This document shows positions 36,534 to 46,786 of a stretch of DNA of 64,000 nucleotides, one piece after another. Location: assembly GCA_964648275.1 (NCBI GenBank), contig CAZYOB010000001.1, positions 1,443 to 65,442 on the forward strand, written 5' to 3'. Below the pieces are notes generated by a model, which was not told the DNA's origin, ran no database searches, and saw nothing but the letters and a program-made list of their open reading frames with translations. The translations under genes were made by a program, and so were the position numbers. The stretch is from an uncultured Pseudomonadales bacterium (GTDB lineage Bacteria > Patescibacteriota > Microgenomatia > UBA1400 > MFAQ01). The first letter of the stretch is position 1. Every line of letters starts with the position of its first letter.

Positions 36534-39500
36534 TCAGATATTTTCGATCTTGGCACGCTCTTTGCTGGTCGGGACCAAACGGCCGATAATAACGTTCTCT
36601 TTCATACCAATCAGGTGATCGATTCTTCCCTGGACGGCAGAGTCGGTCAAGACGCTGGTGGTGTCCTGGAAGGAAGCGGCTGACAGCCATGAATCAGTGT
36701 GAAGAGCAGCCCTTATAGTACCCAGAATGAGGCTGGTGGCAGTGGCAGGTTCTCCACCTTGAGCGATGGCGGCCTCATTGGCCATTTCGTACGAACCACG
36801 GGAGATAACATCTCCTGCGACCAGTGATGTATCGCCGACATTATCGATGCGGACGTAATCACACATCTTGCGGACGATGACCTCAAAGTGTTTGTCATGG
36901 ATACCGATGCCCTGAGATTCATAGATACCCTGGATCTCGTGAATTAGGTATATCTGAGAGGCTCTGAGGCCCTTGATTCTGAGGAGGGACTTAATATCAA
37001 CGCCACCTGTAGCAAGTTGGGTTCCAACTGCGACCAAGCCACCATCTTCAACCTTAAGAGGCATGGCGAGGGGGATGAGATATTCTTTGCGATCTTCTTT
37101 GCCACTCTTGCCTGTTGGGGTAATGGTAACCAGATTGCCGTTGTCGGTTTCGGTAACTTTAACCTTACCGGAGACCTCAGCGAGAGGAGCTACCAGCTTG
37201 GGAGTACGAACCTCGAACAGTTCTGTAACACGGGGAAGACCTTGGGTAACGTCGACACCGGCGACACCTCCAGAGTGCTTGGTACGCATTGTTAGCTGAG
37301 TACCAGGTTCACCGATGGATTGCGCAGCGAGGACACCGGCAGGATCACCGATTTTGGCCAGATCGTTGGTAGCCAGGTTGTGGCCGTAACACTTGGCACA
37401 AAGACCGAATCTGAGTTTACAGGTGAGTGGGGATCTAACTTCGACCTCTTTTACTCCGGCGGCTTCAATGGCAACTGCGAGTTCTTCGGAAATCATGTCA
37501 CCAGCATCAACCATGACTTTTTTGGTCTCAGGGTTGATGACCTTTTTGACGGTGAAACGGTGAGCAATACGTTTTCCAAAGGCCTTGCTTCTTTCGGCTT
37601 CAGAACTGATGGTGATGAAATCATCGGTACCACAGTCTTCGGCTCTAACGATGGCGTCATGGCTAACGTCGACCAAGCGGCGGGTTAGATAACCTGCATC
37701 GGCGGTACGAAGAGCGGTATCTGTCAGACCTTTTCTTGAACCACGAACAGAGGTGACGTATTCGAAGATCGAAAGACCTTCACGGAAGTTACCTTTAGTC
37801 GGAAGCTCAACGAAGTTACCTAGAGGATCAACGTTGATACCACGCATGGCGGAGAGCTGCTTGACGGTGTTCTTGGTAATACGTCCCATGCCAGTGTCGA
37901 TGATAAGACGAATAGGATTGGTGGGGGCGAAAGTATTCCAAGTTTTCTCAGCCAAGTCGTCGGCAGTGTCCATCCACATTTGGATAGTAAGTTTTCTGCG
38001 TTCTTCGTCGGTTATAAGTCCAAGTCTGAAGTTTTCTTCGATCTCTTTAGCTTTTTGGTTTCCTTCTTCAATGACAACATCTTTATCGGGATACATTTCG
38101 TTATCGGAGATAGCAAACGAGAGACCGGAGACGGTAGCGTAGTCAAAACCGATGTCCTTAACAGCGTCGATGAGTTTAACAACTCGCTTAACCTCGAGCT
38201 CTTTGATGGCTCTGTGGAAAAGAGCAGAAATCTCTTTTCTGGGAAGATTCTTGTTGATGAACTCCCATTCTGCAGGAAGGATATTGTTGAAAAGAATGCG
38301 GCCCACTGTGGTCCTGGTGAGCTCTTTGGAGTCAGTGTCCAAGCGGACATCGACAGCCTGGCGAACCTTTACATTACCGGTCTGGTAAGCAGTAATTGCT
38401 TCTGCAGGAGTGCCAAAAGGCATGTTGTAGGGAGCAAGGTTTTCGTCAAGTGAGGTGAGGTAGTAAACACCAATAGCCATTTCTTTGGAGTCAGGAATTG
38501 AAGCAGGGCTTCCCTGAGAAGGCTTAAGAAGGTTGTACTGGGGAAGCATGTGTTTCTTGGCTTCACGGATGGACTTTTTTGTAAGAGGTACATGGACAGC
38601 CATTTGGTCACCATCGAAGTCAGCGTTGAAACCACCACAGACTACCGGGTGAAGACGAATAGCAGCACCGTCGATCAGTTTTGGCCAGAATGCCTGGATG
38701 GAGAGTTTATGGAGCGTAGGAGCACGGTTTAGGAGAACCGGATGCTTTTTGGTGATATTTTCCAAGATATCGTAGACCTCAGGTTGACGTTTTTCGATAA
38801 TGGCTTTAGCAGCTTTGACGTTAGGGGCCATATCCTGTTTGATGAGCTCGTGAAGAACGAAGGGTTTGAACATCTCAAGAGCCATGTCTTTAGGAAGACC
38901 ACACTGATTGAGTTTTAGTTCAGGACCGACGACGATAACGGAACGACCGGAGTAGTCAACACGTTTTCCAAGAAGGTTCTGGCGGAAACGACCTTGTTTT
39001 CCCCTGAGCATATCAGAAAGGGATTTAAGAGTCTTGCCTGCGCGGGATCTGCGACTAGAGCGGGCTTGTGAGGAGTCAATAAGTGAGTCTACAGCCTCCT
39101 GAAGCATGCGTTTTTCGTTTCTCAAGATGATCTCGGGGGCTCCGAGGTCGATGAGATGCTTCAAACGGTTGTTGCGGTTGATGACTCTTCTGTAGAGATC
39201 ATTGAGGTCCGATGCAGCGAAACGTCCACCAGAAAGCTGAACCATGGGACGGAGATCAGGAGGAATAACAGGAAGGACACGAAGGATCATCCATTCAGGA
39301 CGGATCTTGGCGTCGAGTAGTCCACGGGCAACCTGCAATCTCTTGGTAGCCTTGATTCTCTTGGCTTCAGAGTTGGAATTCATGTCTTCTTTCAGAGTTG
39401 CGACCAAGTCGTCGAGATTAATCTGCTGAAGAGCTGTGAGTAAAGATTCCGAACCCATGCCTGCGTCAACCCAGTCAGCGATGTTGTATTCCTGAAGTTT

Positions 39501-40247
39501 GCCGTATTCGGCATCAGCTAGAAGGGAGTTGACTCTTACACGATCGACAAGGGACTCTAGTTTGTTGTAGATTTCTTCGGTAACGGCAAGCTCGAGAACC
39601 ATCTGCTCTCTCAGCTGGGCGATCTTTTGTTTAGTATCGACCTTGAGATTTTCGGCTTTCATTTCAAACTCATCTTTGACCTTTATTTTCTTTTTGAGGT
39701 CCTTGAGTTCGACAAGGCCTTTGTCCTTGAGTTCTTCGATCTGTTTGTCAAAGCTGGCTCTGACCTCAACAAGCTTGGCTTCTCTTTGTTCGAGAATGTT
39801 TTGCTTGGCGGCTTCTCTACCCTCTTCGTTAATCCTCATGACGAGGTATTTGGAGAAGTAGATAACGGAAGTGAGGGCCTTGGGAGAAATATCTAGTAAA
39901 AGACTTAGTTTGCTGGGGGCGCCTTTGAAGAACCAAACGTGAGAGACGGGAGCAGCCAGGTCGATATGACCCATGCGTTCACGTCTGACACGGCTAAGGG
40001 TAACTTCAACACCACATTTGTCACAAACAATGCCCTTAAATCTAACTCTTTTATATTTTCCGCAGTAACATTCCCAGTCTTTGGTAGGGCCGAAGATGCG
40101 CTCGCAGAAAAGTCCGTCCTTTTCAGGTTTTTGAGTACGATAGTTAATTGTTTCCGGTTTGGTTATCTGTCCGTGAGACCATTTCTTGATCTCGTCTGGT
40201 GAGGCGAGTCTTATCTGGAGTCCGGTAAAGTCGACGATGTTATTCAT
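36534..40247 (-). CDS. rpoC: DNA-directed RNA polymerase subunit beta'
   Basis: 1237 aa with the 'NADFDGDQM' catalytic motif and zinc-binding cysteines. Confidence 0.95.
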   Translation of the reverse strand: MNNIVDFTGLQIRLASPDEIKKWSHGQITKPETINYRTQKPEKDGLFCERIFGPTKDWECYCGKYKRVRFKGIVCDKCGVEVTLSRVRRERMGHIDLAAPVSHVWFFKGAPSKLSLLLDISPKALTSVIYFSKYLVMRINEEGREAAKQNILEQREAKLVEVRASFDKQIEELKDKGLVELKDLKKKIKVKDEFEMKAENLKVDTKQKIAQLREQMVLELAVTEEIYNKLESLVDRVRVNSLLADAEYGKLQEYNIADWVDAGMGSESLLTALQQINLDDLVATLKEDMNSNSEAKRIKATKRLQVARGLLDAKIRPEWMILRVLPVIPPDLRPMVQLSGGRFAASDLNDLYRRVINRNNRLKHLIDLGAPEIILRNEKRMLQEAVDSLIDSSQARSSRRSRAGKTLKSLSDMLRGKQGRFRQNLLGKRVDYSGRSVIVVGPELKLNQCGLPKDMALEMFKPFVLHELIKQDMAPNVKAAKAIIEKRQPEVYDILENITKKHPVLLNRAPTLHKLSIQAFWPKLIDGAAIRLHPVVCGGFNADFDGDQMAVHVPLTKKSIREAKKHMLPQYNLLKPSQGSPASIPDSKEMAIGVYYLTSLDENLAPYNMPFGTPAEAITAYQTGNVKVRQAVDVRLDTDSKELTRTTVGRILFNNILPAEWEFINKNLPRKEISALFHRAIKELEVKRVVKLIDAVKDIGFDYATVSGLSFAISDNEMYPDKDVVIEEGNQKAKEIEENFRLGLITDEERRKLTIQMWMDTADDLAEKTWNTFAPTNPIRLIIDTGMGRITKNTVKQLSAMRGINVDPLGNFVELPTKGNFREGLSIFEYVTSVRGSRKGLTDTALRTADAGYLTRRLVDVSHDAIVRAEDCGTDDFITISSEAERSKAFGKRIAHRFTVKKVINPETKKVMVDAGDMISEELAVAIEAAGVKEVEVRSPLTCKLRFGLCAKCYGHNLATNDLAKIGDPAGVLAAQSIGEPGTQLTMRTKHSGGVAGVDVTQGLPRVTELFEVRTPKLVAPLAEVSGKVKVTETDNGNLVTITPTGKSGKEDRKEYLIPLAMPLKVEDGGLVAVGTQLATGGVDIKSLLRIKGLRASQIYLIHEIQGIYESQGIGIHDKHFEVIVRKMCDYVRIDNVGDTSLVAGDVISRGSYEMANEAAIAQGGEPATATSLILGTIRAALHTDSWLSAASFQDTTSVLTDSAVQGRIDHLIGMKENVIIGRLVPTSKERAKIENI

Positions 40248-40265
40248 TTTTTCAGTTAGTTTGTT

Positions 40266-43200
40266 TTAATTACTGATATCAGCTTCAACTTCTTCTTGCT
40301 GTTTGAAGCCGCCGGCTTCGGCACCTTCTTCTTCAAGATCCTCTTCTTCATATTCGTCGGCAGGAACCATTTTCTCTTCTTCAGGAGCCAGAGGAATGGT
40401 TTCTTCAGAGATGACGGCGGCAATTTCCGGTTTGACCGGAGCCTCGACAACCTCCTCTGAAACTATATTTCCAGTAGGAATGACGGCTAATGAAAGCGAG
40501 TTTAGTTCCTTGACCAAGACCTTGAAGGACTCGGGGACAGAAGACATGGGGATCTCTTCACCCTTGACGATGGCTTCGAAGGCTTTGGAGCGACCAACCA
40601 CGTCGTCGGACTTGAGGGTAAGCATTTCCTGGAGGGTGTAGGCAGCCTTGTGAGCTTCGAGAGCCCAGACTTCCATTTCTCCCAAACGCTGGCCACCCAT
40701 TTGAGCTTTACCACCTAGAGGCTGTTGAGTCACTAGGGAGTAAGGTCCAATTGAACGTGCATGGGTCTTGTCCTCAACCATGTGGTTGAGTTTGATGATG
40801 TAGCCGACACCAACGGCAGTTTCTTGTTCAAACGGAAGACCGGTGCGACCATCGTAGAGCTGAGTCTTGCCGGTGATGGGAAGGCCTGCTTCTGCGAGAA
40901 GTTTCTCGATTCTTTCTTCTTCAACGTTCTCGAAGACAGGGACGGCAATTTTCTTACCGAGTTTGGTGGCAGCGTAACCAAGCTGTGCTTCAATGAGCTG
41001 ACCAAGGTTCATACGAGCAAGAACTGAAAGAGGAGAAATAATGATGTCAACCGGGCTACCGTCAGGGAGGTAAGGCATATCAGCGACCGAAACTATCTTA
41101 GAAATGACACCTTTGTTTCCATGACGACCGGAAACTTTGTCACCGACAGTAATCTTTCTCAACTGAGCAACCCTGATTTTGATCTGTTTAATGACACCGG
41201 AATCGAGTTCATCTCCTCCCTCACGATCAAGGATTTGAACCGAAATGACGGTTCCTTGTTCACCATGAGGCATTCTGAGAGAAGTGTCTCTGACTTCACG
41301 AGCTTTCTCACCGAAGATAGCTCTTAAGAGACGTTCCTCTGCAGTCAGCTCTGTCTCACCTTTAGGAGCGATTTTACCGACTAGGATGTCGTTGGGGCCG
41401 ACGGCAGAACCAATGGCGATGACTCCATCGGGACCAAGGTTCCTGAGATCGGTTTCGGCGACGTTGGGGATATCACGGGTGAGTTCTTCTGCACCAAGCT
41501 TAGTATCCATGACGTCACAGACGTGCTCGTGGATGGAGATACTGGAGAGCAGATCTTCTTTGACACAACGATCGGAGATGACAACGGCGTCTTCATAACC
41601 CAAGCCTTCAAAAGCAGCGTAAGCAATGGTAAGGTTTTGACCAAGAGCCAATTCACCGTTTTCTGCAGCCGGACCATTGATAATCAAGTCACCTTTTTTG
41701 ATTTTGTCTCCTACGTTGACCATGGGGGTCTGGTTGTAGCAGGTATCTTGTGAGGTACCGTAGTATTTTCTGAGGTTGTAGGTTTCGATGCCTTTGTTGA
41801 CCTCAACAAATCCATAATCGAAAGGTGAGATCTCGGAGGCAGCGGTTTTGGCTTCCTCCGCACTCAGTTTGATATCGATGTGAGCGGCGTCTGAGGCGAC
41901 AACTTCACCGGAATGGCGGGCACGGACGACCCAACCCATGGATTCGGCAACGGTGTCTTCCATACCTGTACCAACTACGGGAGATGAGGGTTTTACTAAG
42001 GGCAGCGCCTGAGTAAGATGGTGAGTACCCATGAGGGCACGAGTACCTTCATCCTGTTGAATGAAAGGAATGAGGGCAGCACTGGTACCGATCACCTGAC
42101 GGGGAACAACATCGATATATTGAACTAGCGTAGAGTCGGCTTCGATGAATTTGCCCTGGTAGCGGACGGGGACCCATTTCTGAGTGATAATATCACCTTC
42201 ACGGTCGACACCTGCATGAGTGATGTAGGCATCTTCTTCGTCGTCAGCGGCAAGGTAAACAACCTCGTCGGAGATACGCATGACGGTCTCATTGCCTTTA
42301 ACCTCTTTAGTGACCTTAAGGTAGGGAGCTTCGAGAAAGCCGTAAGGATTAACACGGGTATAAAGGGCAAGGTAGGTGACCAAACCGATGTTCGGTCCTT
42401 CAGGGGAACGAACCGGACAGGTACGGGAGTATTGAGAGGAGTGAATATCACGCATGGAGAAGGAAGCGCGTTCGCGGGTGATACCACCTGGACCCATAAC
42501 GGAGATACGTCTAAGATTGTCAATTTCAGAAAGAGGATTGACCTGGTCAAGGATTGAGGAAAGTCTATTTCTGCGGAAGAATTCGGTAATCGAGGAAATG
42601 ATCGGGCGAGGATTGACGAAGGCGGCGGGGGTAGGAAGTTCATCCGGCTTGGCCAGAGACATTTTCTCTTTGATGGAGCGCTCGAGACGGAGAAGACCTA
42701 CTTTGAAAGCAGTCTGGTTGACGAGCTCACCGACACAACGAATACGACGATTGGCGAGATGATCAATATCATCGACCTTACCCTTGCCGTTTTGGAGGCT
42801 GATGAGATATTTTATGGAACCGATGACATCATCGATAGAAAGAGTGACGTGCTGTTTATCAATAGGGGTATTAGTACCGAGCTTGCGGTTAAGTTTATAG
42901 CGGCCTACCAGCCCAAGGTTGTAGCGGCGGGAATCAAAGAACATTTGGTGGAGAAGGGCTTTGGCATTATCCAAAACAGCAGGTTCACCGGGGCGGATCT
43001 TTTGGTAGAACTCGAGGAGAGCCTCTTCGGTGTTGGTGGTGGTGTCTTTTAGAAGGGTGGTGGCGACGTATTGGTGATCTTTATTGGTGTCAACGTCGGA
43101 GAAAAGCTCCTGAATTTGAGCATTTTCCGAGAAACCAAGAGCTCTGACGAGCGTGGTGGCAGAAACTTTGCGATGACGATCAATCCTAACCGAGAGATGG

Positions 43201-43718
43201 TCGTTGCGGGAGACGATAACTTCAAGCCAGGAACCGCGCATAGGACGGATCTCAGCCTGGTGAAGGGCACGGCCGGAGTGTGGGTCGACTTCACGAGTGA
43301 AGTAAACACCTGGAGAGCGGACTACCTGATTAACAACTACGCGCTCGACGCCGTTGATGATAAAGGTACCGGTATTAGTCATCATGGGGATGTCCCCGAG
43401 GAAAATTTCTTGCTGTTGAGTAGCTTTTGAGTGGAGATTGGTGAGTTTTACGGTAGCCCAAAGGGGAGCTTCGAAAGTAACACCTTTTTCGATGGCAACT
43501 TTAGGAGTAATTTTGGGCAAGCCGACACGAGAGGAAAGGAATTCGAATTCGAAAACTTTACCGGTGAAGTCCTTTATGGGATTAAGCTCTGTTAGAGATT
43601 CACTGATGCCCTCTTCGAGGAATTGTTTGTACGAGTCGATCTGTATTTTTGTAAGATCTGATTGTTCTAATTTTGGGGTGATCTTTCCCCAGTTTTCGCG
43701 ATTGATTGGTTTAATCAT
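40266..43718 (-). CDS. rpoB: DNA-directed RNA polymerase subunit beta
   Basis: About 1150 aa. I set the start at MIKPINR (ATG at 43716-43718, preceded by AAGG). It has an acidic C-terminal tail. Confidence 0.9.
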   Translation of the reverse strand: MIKPINRENWGKITPKLEQSDLTKIQIDSYKQFLEEGISESLTELNPIKDFTGKVFEFEFLSSRVGLPKITPKVAIEKGVTFEAPLWATVKLTNLHSKATQQQEIFLGDIPMMTNTGTFIINGVERVVVNQVVRSPGVYFTREVDPHSGRALHQAEIRPMRGSWLEVIVSRNDHLSVRIDRHRKVSATTLVRALGFSENAQIQELFSDVDTNKDHQYVATTLLKDTTTNTEEALLEFYQKIRPGEPAVLDNAKALLHQMFFDSRRYNLGLVGRYKLNRKLGTNTPIDKQHVTLSIDDVIGSIKYLISLQNGKGKVDDIDHLANRRIRCVGELVNQTAFKVGLLRLERSIKEKMSLAKPDELPTPAAFVNPRPIISSITEFFRRNRLSSILDQVNPLSEIDNLRRISVMGPGGITRERASFSMRDIHSSQYSRTCPVRSPEGPNIGLVTYLALYTRVNPYGFLEAPYLKVTKEVKGNETVMRISDEVVYLAADDEEDAYITHAGVDREGDIITQKWVPVRYQGKFIEADSTLVQYIDVVPRQVIGTSAALIPFIQQDEGTRALMGTHHLTQALPLVKPSSPVVGTGMEDTVAESMGWVVRARHSGEVVASDAAHIDIKLSAEEAKTAASEISPFDYGFVEVNKGIETYNLRKYYGTSQDTCYNQTPMVNVGDKIKKGDLIINGPAAENGELALGQNLTIAYAAFEGLGYEDAVVISDRCVKEDLLSSISIHEHVCDVMDTKLGAEELTRDIPNVAETDLRNLGPDGVIAIGSAVGPNDILVGKIAPKGETELTAEERLLRAIFGEKAREVRDTSLRMPHGEQGTVISVQILDREGGDELDSGVIKQIKIRVAQLRKITVGDKVSGRHGNKGVISKIVSVADMPYLPDGSPVDIIISPLSVLARMNLGQLIEAQLGYAATKLGKKIAVPVFENVEEERIEKLLAEAGLPITGKTQLYDGRTGLPFEQETAVGVGYIIKLNHMVEDKTHARSIGPYSLVTQQPLGGKAQMGGQRLGEMEVWALEAHKAAYTLQEMLTLKSDDVVGRSKAFEAIVKGEEIPMSSVPESFKVLVKELNSLSLAVIPTGNIVSEEVVEAPVKPEIAAVISEETIPLAPEEEKMVPADEYEEEDLEEEGAEAGGFKQQEEVEADISN

Positions 43719-43872
43719 CCTTATTTTTTTGTGTTTATGGGCAGAAATTATAACAATGCGCAAACGTACAAAAACCTGACCAGAAATGGCCAAGTTATAT
43801 AGCAGTGTTGATAGTATAACTTAGGATGCCTGATTATGTCAACAGGGTGGAGGCTGGGAGAATAATTGACTT

Positions 43873-44340
43873 TTGAAAGATTATAAGATAATATCCAAAG
43901 ATCAAAGTAAATCAAACCTTATTTCATTTGGAGAAAAAGGTATGAAGCACATTTTAAAGAAAGCCGTACTCCGTTTTGTCTTCCTTCTTTTCTTTTCCCT
44001 ACTGGCAGAACTGGTCATACTCCCCTTATTGCTGACCACATTGTTTAGCTCGCTGTTCCCGTCCTACGTCAGCTTTTTTACCGATTGGAGTCCAGTTTGG
44101 ATCGCAATGGTGGCCGGTAGCTTAGCTACTTCTCTCGTTCTTAGTTTTTCGGCAGTTGTTGGTGCAGTCTGGAGAGGGAAAGCTATCGTCAACGCCATGT
44201 CCACCTCCGGTGTTAATTTCGATGAAGCCCTCATCATCATTAATATGAATTATCGATATGGTGAAGATCCCAAAGACTGGAATGTTTCACATTTCACTAA
44301 AGATCTGTGGACATATAGAGCAAGAGGGCATTTTAACTAA
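43873..44340 (+). CDS. Hypothetical membrane protein
   Basis: 155-aa ORF with 2-3 hydrophobic helices, followed by a terminator. Confidence 0.4.
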   Translation: MKDYKIISKDQSKSNLISFGEKGMKHILKKAVLRFVFLLFFSLLAELVILPLLLTTLFSSLFPSYVSFFTDWSPVWIAMVAGSLATSLVLSFSAVVGAVWRGKAIVNAMSTSGVNFDEALIIINMNYRYGEDPKDWNVSHFTKDLWTYRARGHFN

Positions 44341-44350
44341 CTCGGTTTTA

Positions 44351-44377
44351 CCGGCCTAACAAGGCCGGTTTTTTATT
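44351..44377. terminator. Rho-independent terminator (plus strand; may also serve convergent mltG)
   Basis: CCGGCCT-AACA-AGGCCGG followed by TTTTTTATT. Confidence 0.55.
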
Positions 44378-45362
44378 GGCAGTCTTTTTTGAGATAGACA
44401 CAAACGTTTTCATTGTGGTCTTCGACGGTTTTGGCGAAGTGGATCTTGCCGGAAAGATCGTGGATATAAAACCAATTGGGTGTGATTAGAGGAGAGGAGG
44501 CGGCTGACAAACTGTCCCTACCGGGGTTGGAAATCGGTGCGGGAGGTAGCCCGGGGTTCTCGTAGGTATTGTAGGGAGACTTAAACTGAATATCTGCTCG
44601 GGAAAGATTTTTAGGCCACCAATCACAATCAACCTTTTTACACCGGGCGGTACCTAGAGCATACTGGACCGTGGCGTCTACTTGGAGGGGCCACCCAGCC
44701 TTGAGTCGATTATTGAGCACTCCGGCGACTTCAGGCATTTCGCCGGCATTAGCAGCCTCTCTTTCAAGAAGTGAGGCAAGAATTAATATCTCAGGTTCTT
44801 TATCGGAGCCGATCTTAAGATCGGAAATCACTCTTTTATAATTATCGTTGAGACGAGAGACAACAGTTTGGGTATCAGCCTTGGGGTCGAAATCATAGGT
44901 ATCAGGGAACAGTTTTCCCTCAAGGGTAGCAGTGAGGCTTAAAAATGTATTGGTGTCAAATCTTGATTCAGGATTATTCTCTTTGAGGGATTTTTGGACA
45001 ATGAGGGCAATTTCCTGGCGACGCAGCCCTTCGGGAATGGTCACGCGGACCTGACGAGCATAGGCTCTGGTGAGTTTTTGAGCAATGGTTGGAGCGTCCA
45101 TCGAAGGTGAGAGCCTAAAAAAACCAGCTTGAATCTTACTGGCTATGCCAAGACGGACAACCGTTAGTTTAAAGGCTGCCCTTGAACGAATAAGCTTATT
45201 CCGACTAAGGTTGTTGATTATTTGATCCAAATTCTCACCCGAGACCACTTCAAAGTCCTGCTCAGGAGTGGAGTGAACTGTAACAGGTCGAATAGAGTTG
45301 AAGTACCAACCAAGAAAGCCGACGAGAAGTATGGAAAGGACAATAAATAAACGTTTGAACAC
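44373..45362 (-). CDS. mltG: Endolytic murein transglycosylase MltG (YceG family)
   Basis: N-terminal TM and a YceG domain; conserved position next to ruvX. Confidence 0.8.
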   Translation of the reverse strand: MFKRLFIVLSILLVGFLGWYFNSIRPVTVHSTPEQDFEVVSGENLDQIINNLSRNKLIRSRAAFKLTVVRLGIASKIQAGFFRLSPSMDAPTIAQKLTRAYARQVRVTIPEGLRRQEIALIVQKSLKENNPESRFDTNTFLSLTATLEGKLFPDTYDFDPKADTQTVVSRLNDNYKRVISDLKIGSDKEPEILILASLLEREAANAGEMPEVAGVLNNRLKAGWPLQVDATVQYALGTARCKKVDCDWWPKNLSRADIQFKSPYNTYENPGLPPAPISNPGRDSLSAASSPLITPNWFYIHDLSGKIHFAKTVEDHNENVCVYLKKDCQ

Positions 45363-45371
45363 GGTTTGAAT

Positions 45372-45578
45372 TTAAACTTCGCTTAGAAGAGCTCTTCTGT
45401 AAGTGTTTTTTCCGGGATCGTAGATGAAGATGCGGCCGCACTTACAGGTGACCTGTTCTGAACCATTAACCTTGGATGACGGCTGGTGTTGGCCGTTGCT
45501 TAAGGCTGTCCCACAACCGACGCAGGAACCTCTTGAGAGAAGCCAAGCTTGGACTGGGGCAATGATGTTTTTGAACAT
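45372..45578 (-). CDS. Small zinc-ribbon protein (hypothetical)
   Basis: 68 aa with C.GCG...CKCG. Confidence 0.35.
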   Translation of the reverse strand: MFKNIIAPVQAWLLSRGSCVGCGTALSNGQHQPSSKVNGSEQVTCKCGRIFIYDPGKNTYRRALLSEV

Positions 45579-45617
45579 ATGGTTATTGTCACTCAGAGGG
45601 TCGGTAATTGCAACCCG

Positions 45618-46010
45618 TTAAACTGAATCTAAATAGTCCTGAAGGATGAGGGCGGCGGCGGTCTGGTGTTCGAGAGTTTTTATCTCATGACCGCGCTTGC
45701 CACTTTCCTTCATTTTCGAGCGGGCTTCTTTGGAACTGAGATCCTCATTAAAAAGAATAATTTGACCGGAAAAAATCCGAGGTAGCTTTTCCGCCAAGTC
45801 CTGGGCTGTCTTTACCAAAGGACCATAATCGGGAGTACCAATGACTATAGTTTGAGGATTCAAACGGGCAATAAATGGTGCCAGGCGACCAATAAGAATG
45901 TTTAGATCCCTTTCAAAAATAGTGTCGAGAGGTTCGGCGAGAATTCCCTCGTGAGAAATGGCAATACCGGTGTGAGCTGTTCCCGGATCAAGGCATAGAA
46001 TAACTGGCAT
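45618..46010 (-). CDS. ruvX: Putative pre-16S rRNA nuclease / Holliday junction resolvase-like YqgF
   Basis: 'LCLDPGTAHTGIAIS' RNase H-like N-terminus and a YqgF-like C-terminal 'AAALILQDYLD'. Confidence 0.75.
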   Translation of the reverse strand: MPVILCLDPGTAHTGIAISHEGILAEPLDTIFERDLNILIGRLAPFIARLNPQTIVIGTPDYGPLVKTAQDLAEKLPRIFSGQIILFNEDLSSKEARSKMKESGKRGHEIKTLEHQTAAALILQDYLDSV

Positions 46011-46016
46011 AGTGGT

Positions 46017-46784
46017 TTAATTTTTGACTAATTCGGCTTCAACAATCAACCGTCTGAGGGTTGTGCCCGGAGGAACACAAGTAACGACTTTAATTGTCTT
46101 TTGTGAATAATCCTGACGCAATACCCAAAGCTCGTTGGGCTTTACTTCGAAAGTTTTCGAAACACGGTAAGTATATTCTATGCCGTCATAGGCAACGAAG
46201 ATGTCCGAGCCCACCTTAAGCTTAGGTAAAGTGGAAAAAATCGATTTGTAGTTTTTGGGGTCGAAAAATTGAGGTAGAGTTGAGTGACCGAAGATCACCG
46301 GAGATCCAATCTGGCCGGGAAGGGCGGTCTGGGGATAATGGACGAGAGCTTTGGTGAGGTCCTCGCTTTTCAAACTGACTGAGGCACTTTCGATGCCGAG
46401 AGAAGGAATGGAGAGTGAGTATGATTTGGGGGCGGCAGACGGGTCTGTGGTGACATTTTCTTGAGAGACGAAAAGGTCATTCTGAATACTCCCCGGGAAC
46501 CAATTACTGGCCTTTGTAAAGTCGGCAGATCCCGAGACCAGGGATGGACCGGAGTTTTCTTCTGCTTGGGAGACATATGAAGCAGGAGAGAGTAAACCAG
46601 AATCCGTAAATGACCCTAGGATATTTACTCCCTGGAAATCAAAGCTGACGATGGGATAGATGACAAAGGCCACAAGAGCCAAGCCGAGAGCGGAAATTAG
46701 CGTAGGTAGCGCTTTCACATATCGAGGGATGAATTTCCCTGGATGGGGATCCTGCGGTGTGGCCTTGCGGTAACCGTAAAGCAT
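46017..46784 (-). CDS. Sortase family transpeptidase
   Basis: N-terminal TM, catalytic His in 'VIFGHS', Cys in 'IKVVTCVPPGT' (the TLxTC motif) and Arg in 'RRLIV'. Confidence 0.75.
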   Translation of the reverse strand: MLYGYRKATPQDPHPGKFIPRYVKALPTLISALGLALVAFVIYPIVSFDFQGVNILGSFTDSGLLSPASYVSQAEENSGPSLVSGSADFTKASNWFPGSIQNDLFVSQENVTTDPSAAPKSYSLSIPSLGIESASVSLKSEDLTKALVHYPQTALPGQIGSPVIFGHSTLPQFFDPKNYKSIFSTLPKLKVGSDIFVAYDGIEYTYRVSKTFEVKPNELWVLRQDYSQKTIKVVTCVPPGTTLRRLIVEAELVKN

Positions 46785-46786
46785 GG

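Noticed and set aside
40256-40450. 64-aa Lys-rich minus ORF overlapping the rpoB 3' end
   Set aside because: It lies inside rpoB's acidic C-terminal coding region in another frame and has a low-complexity translation.
44351-44377. Possible mobile-element boundary at the rpoB-upstream region (43.7-44.4 kb)
   Set aside because: There is no transposase, integrase, or inverted/direct repeat flanking. The hairpin is a standard terminator shared by convergent genes.
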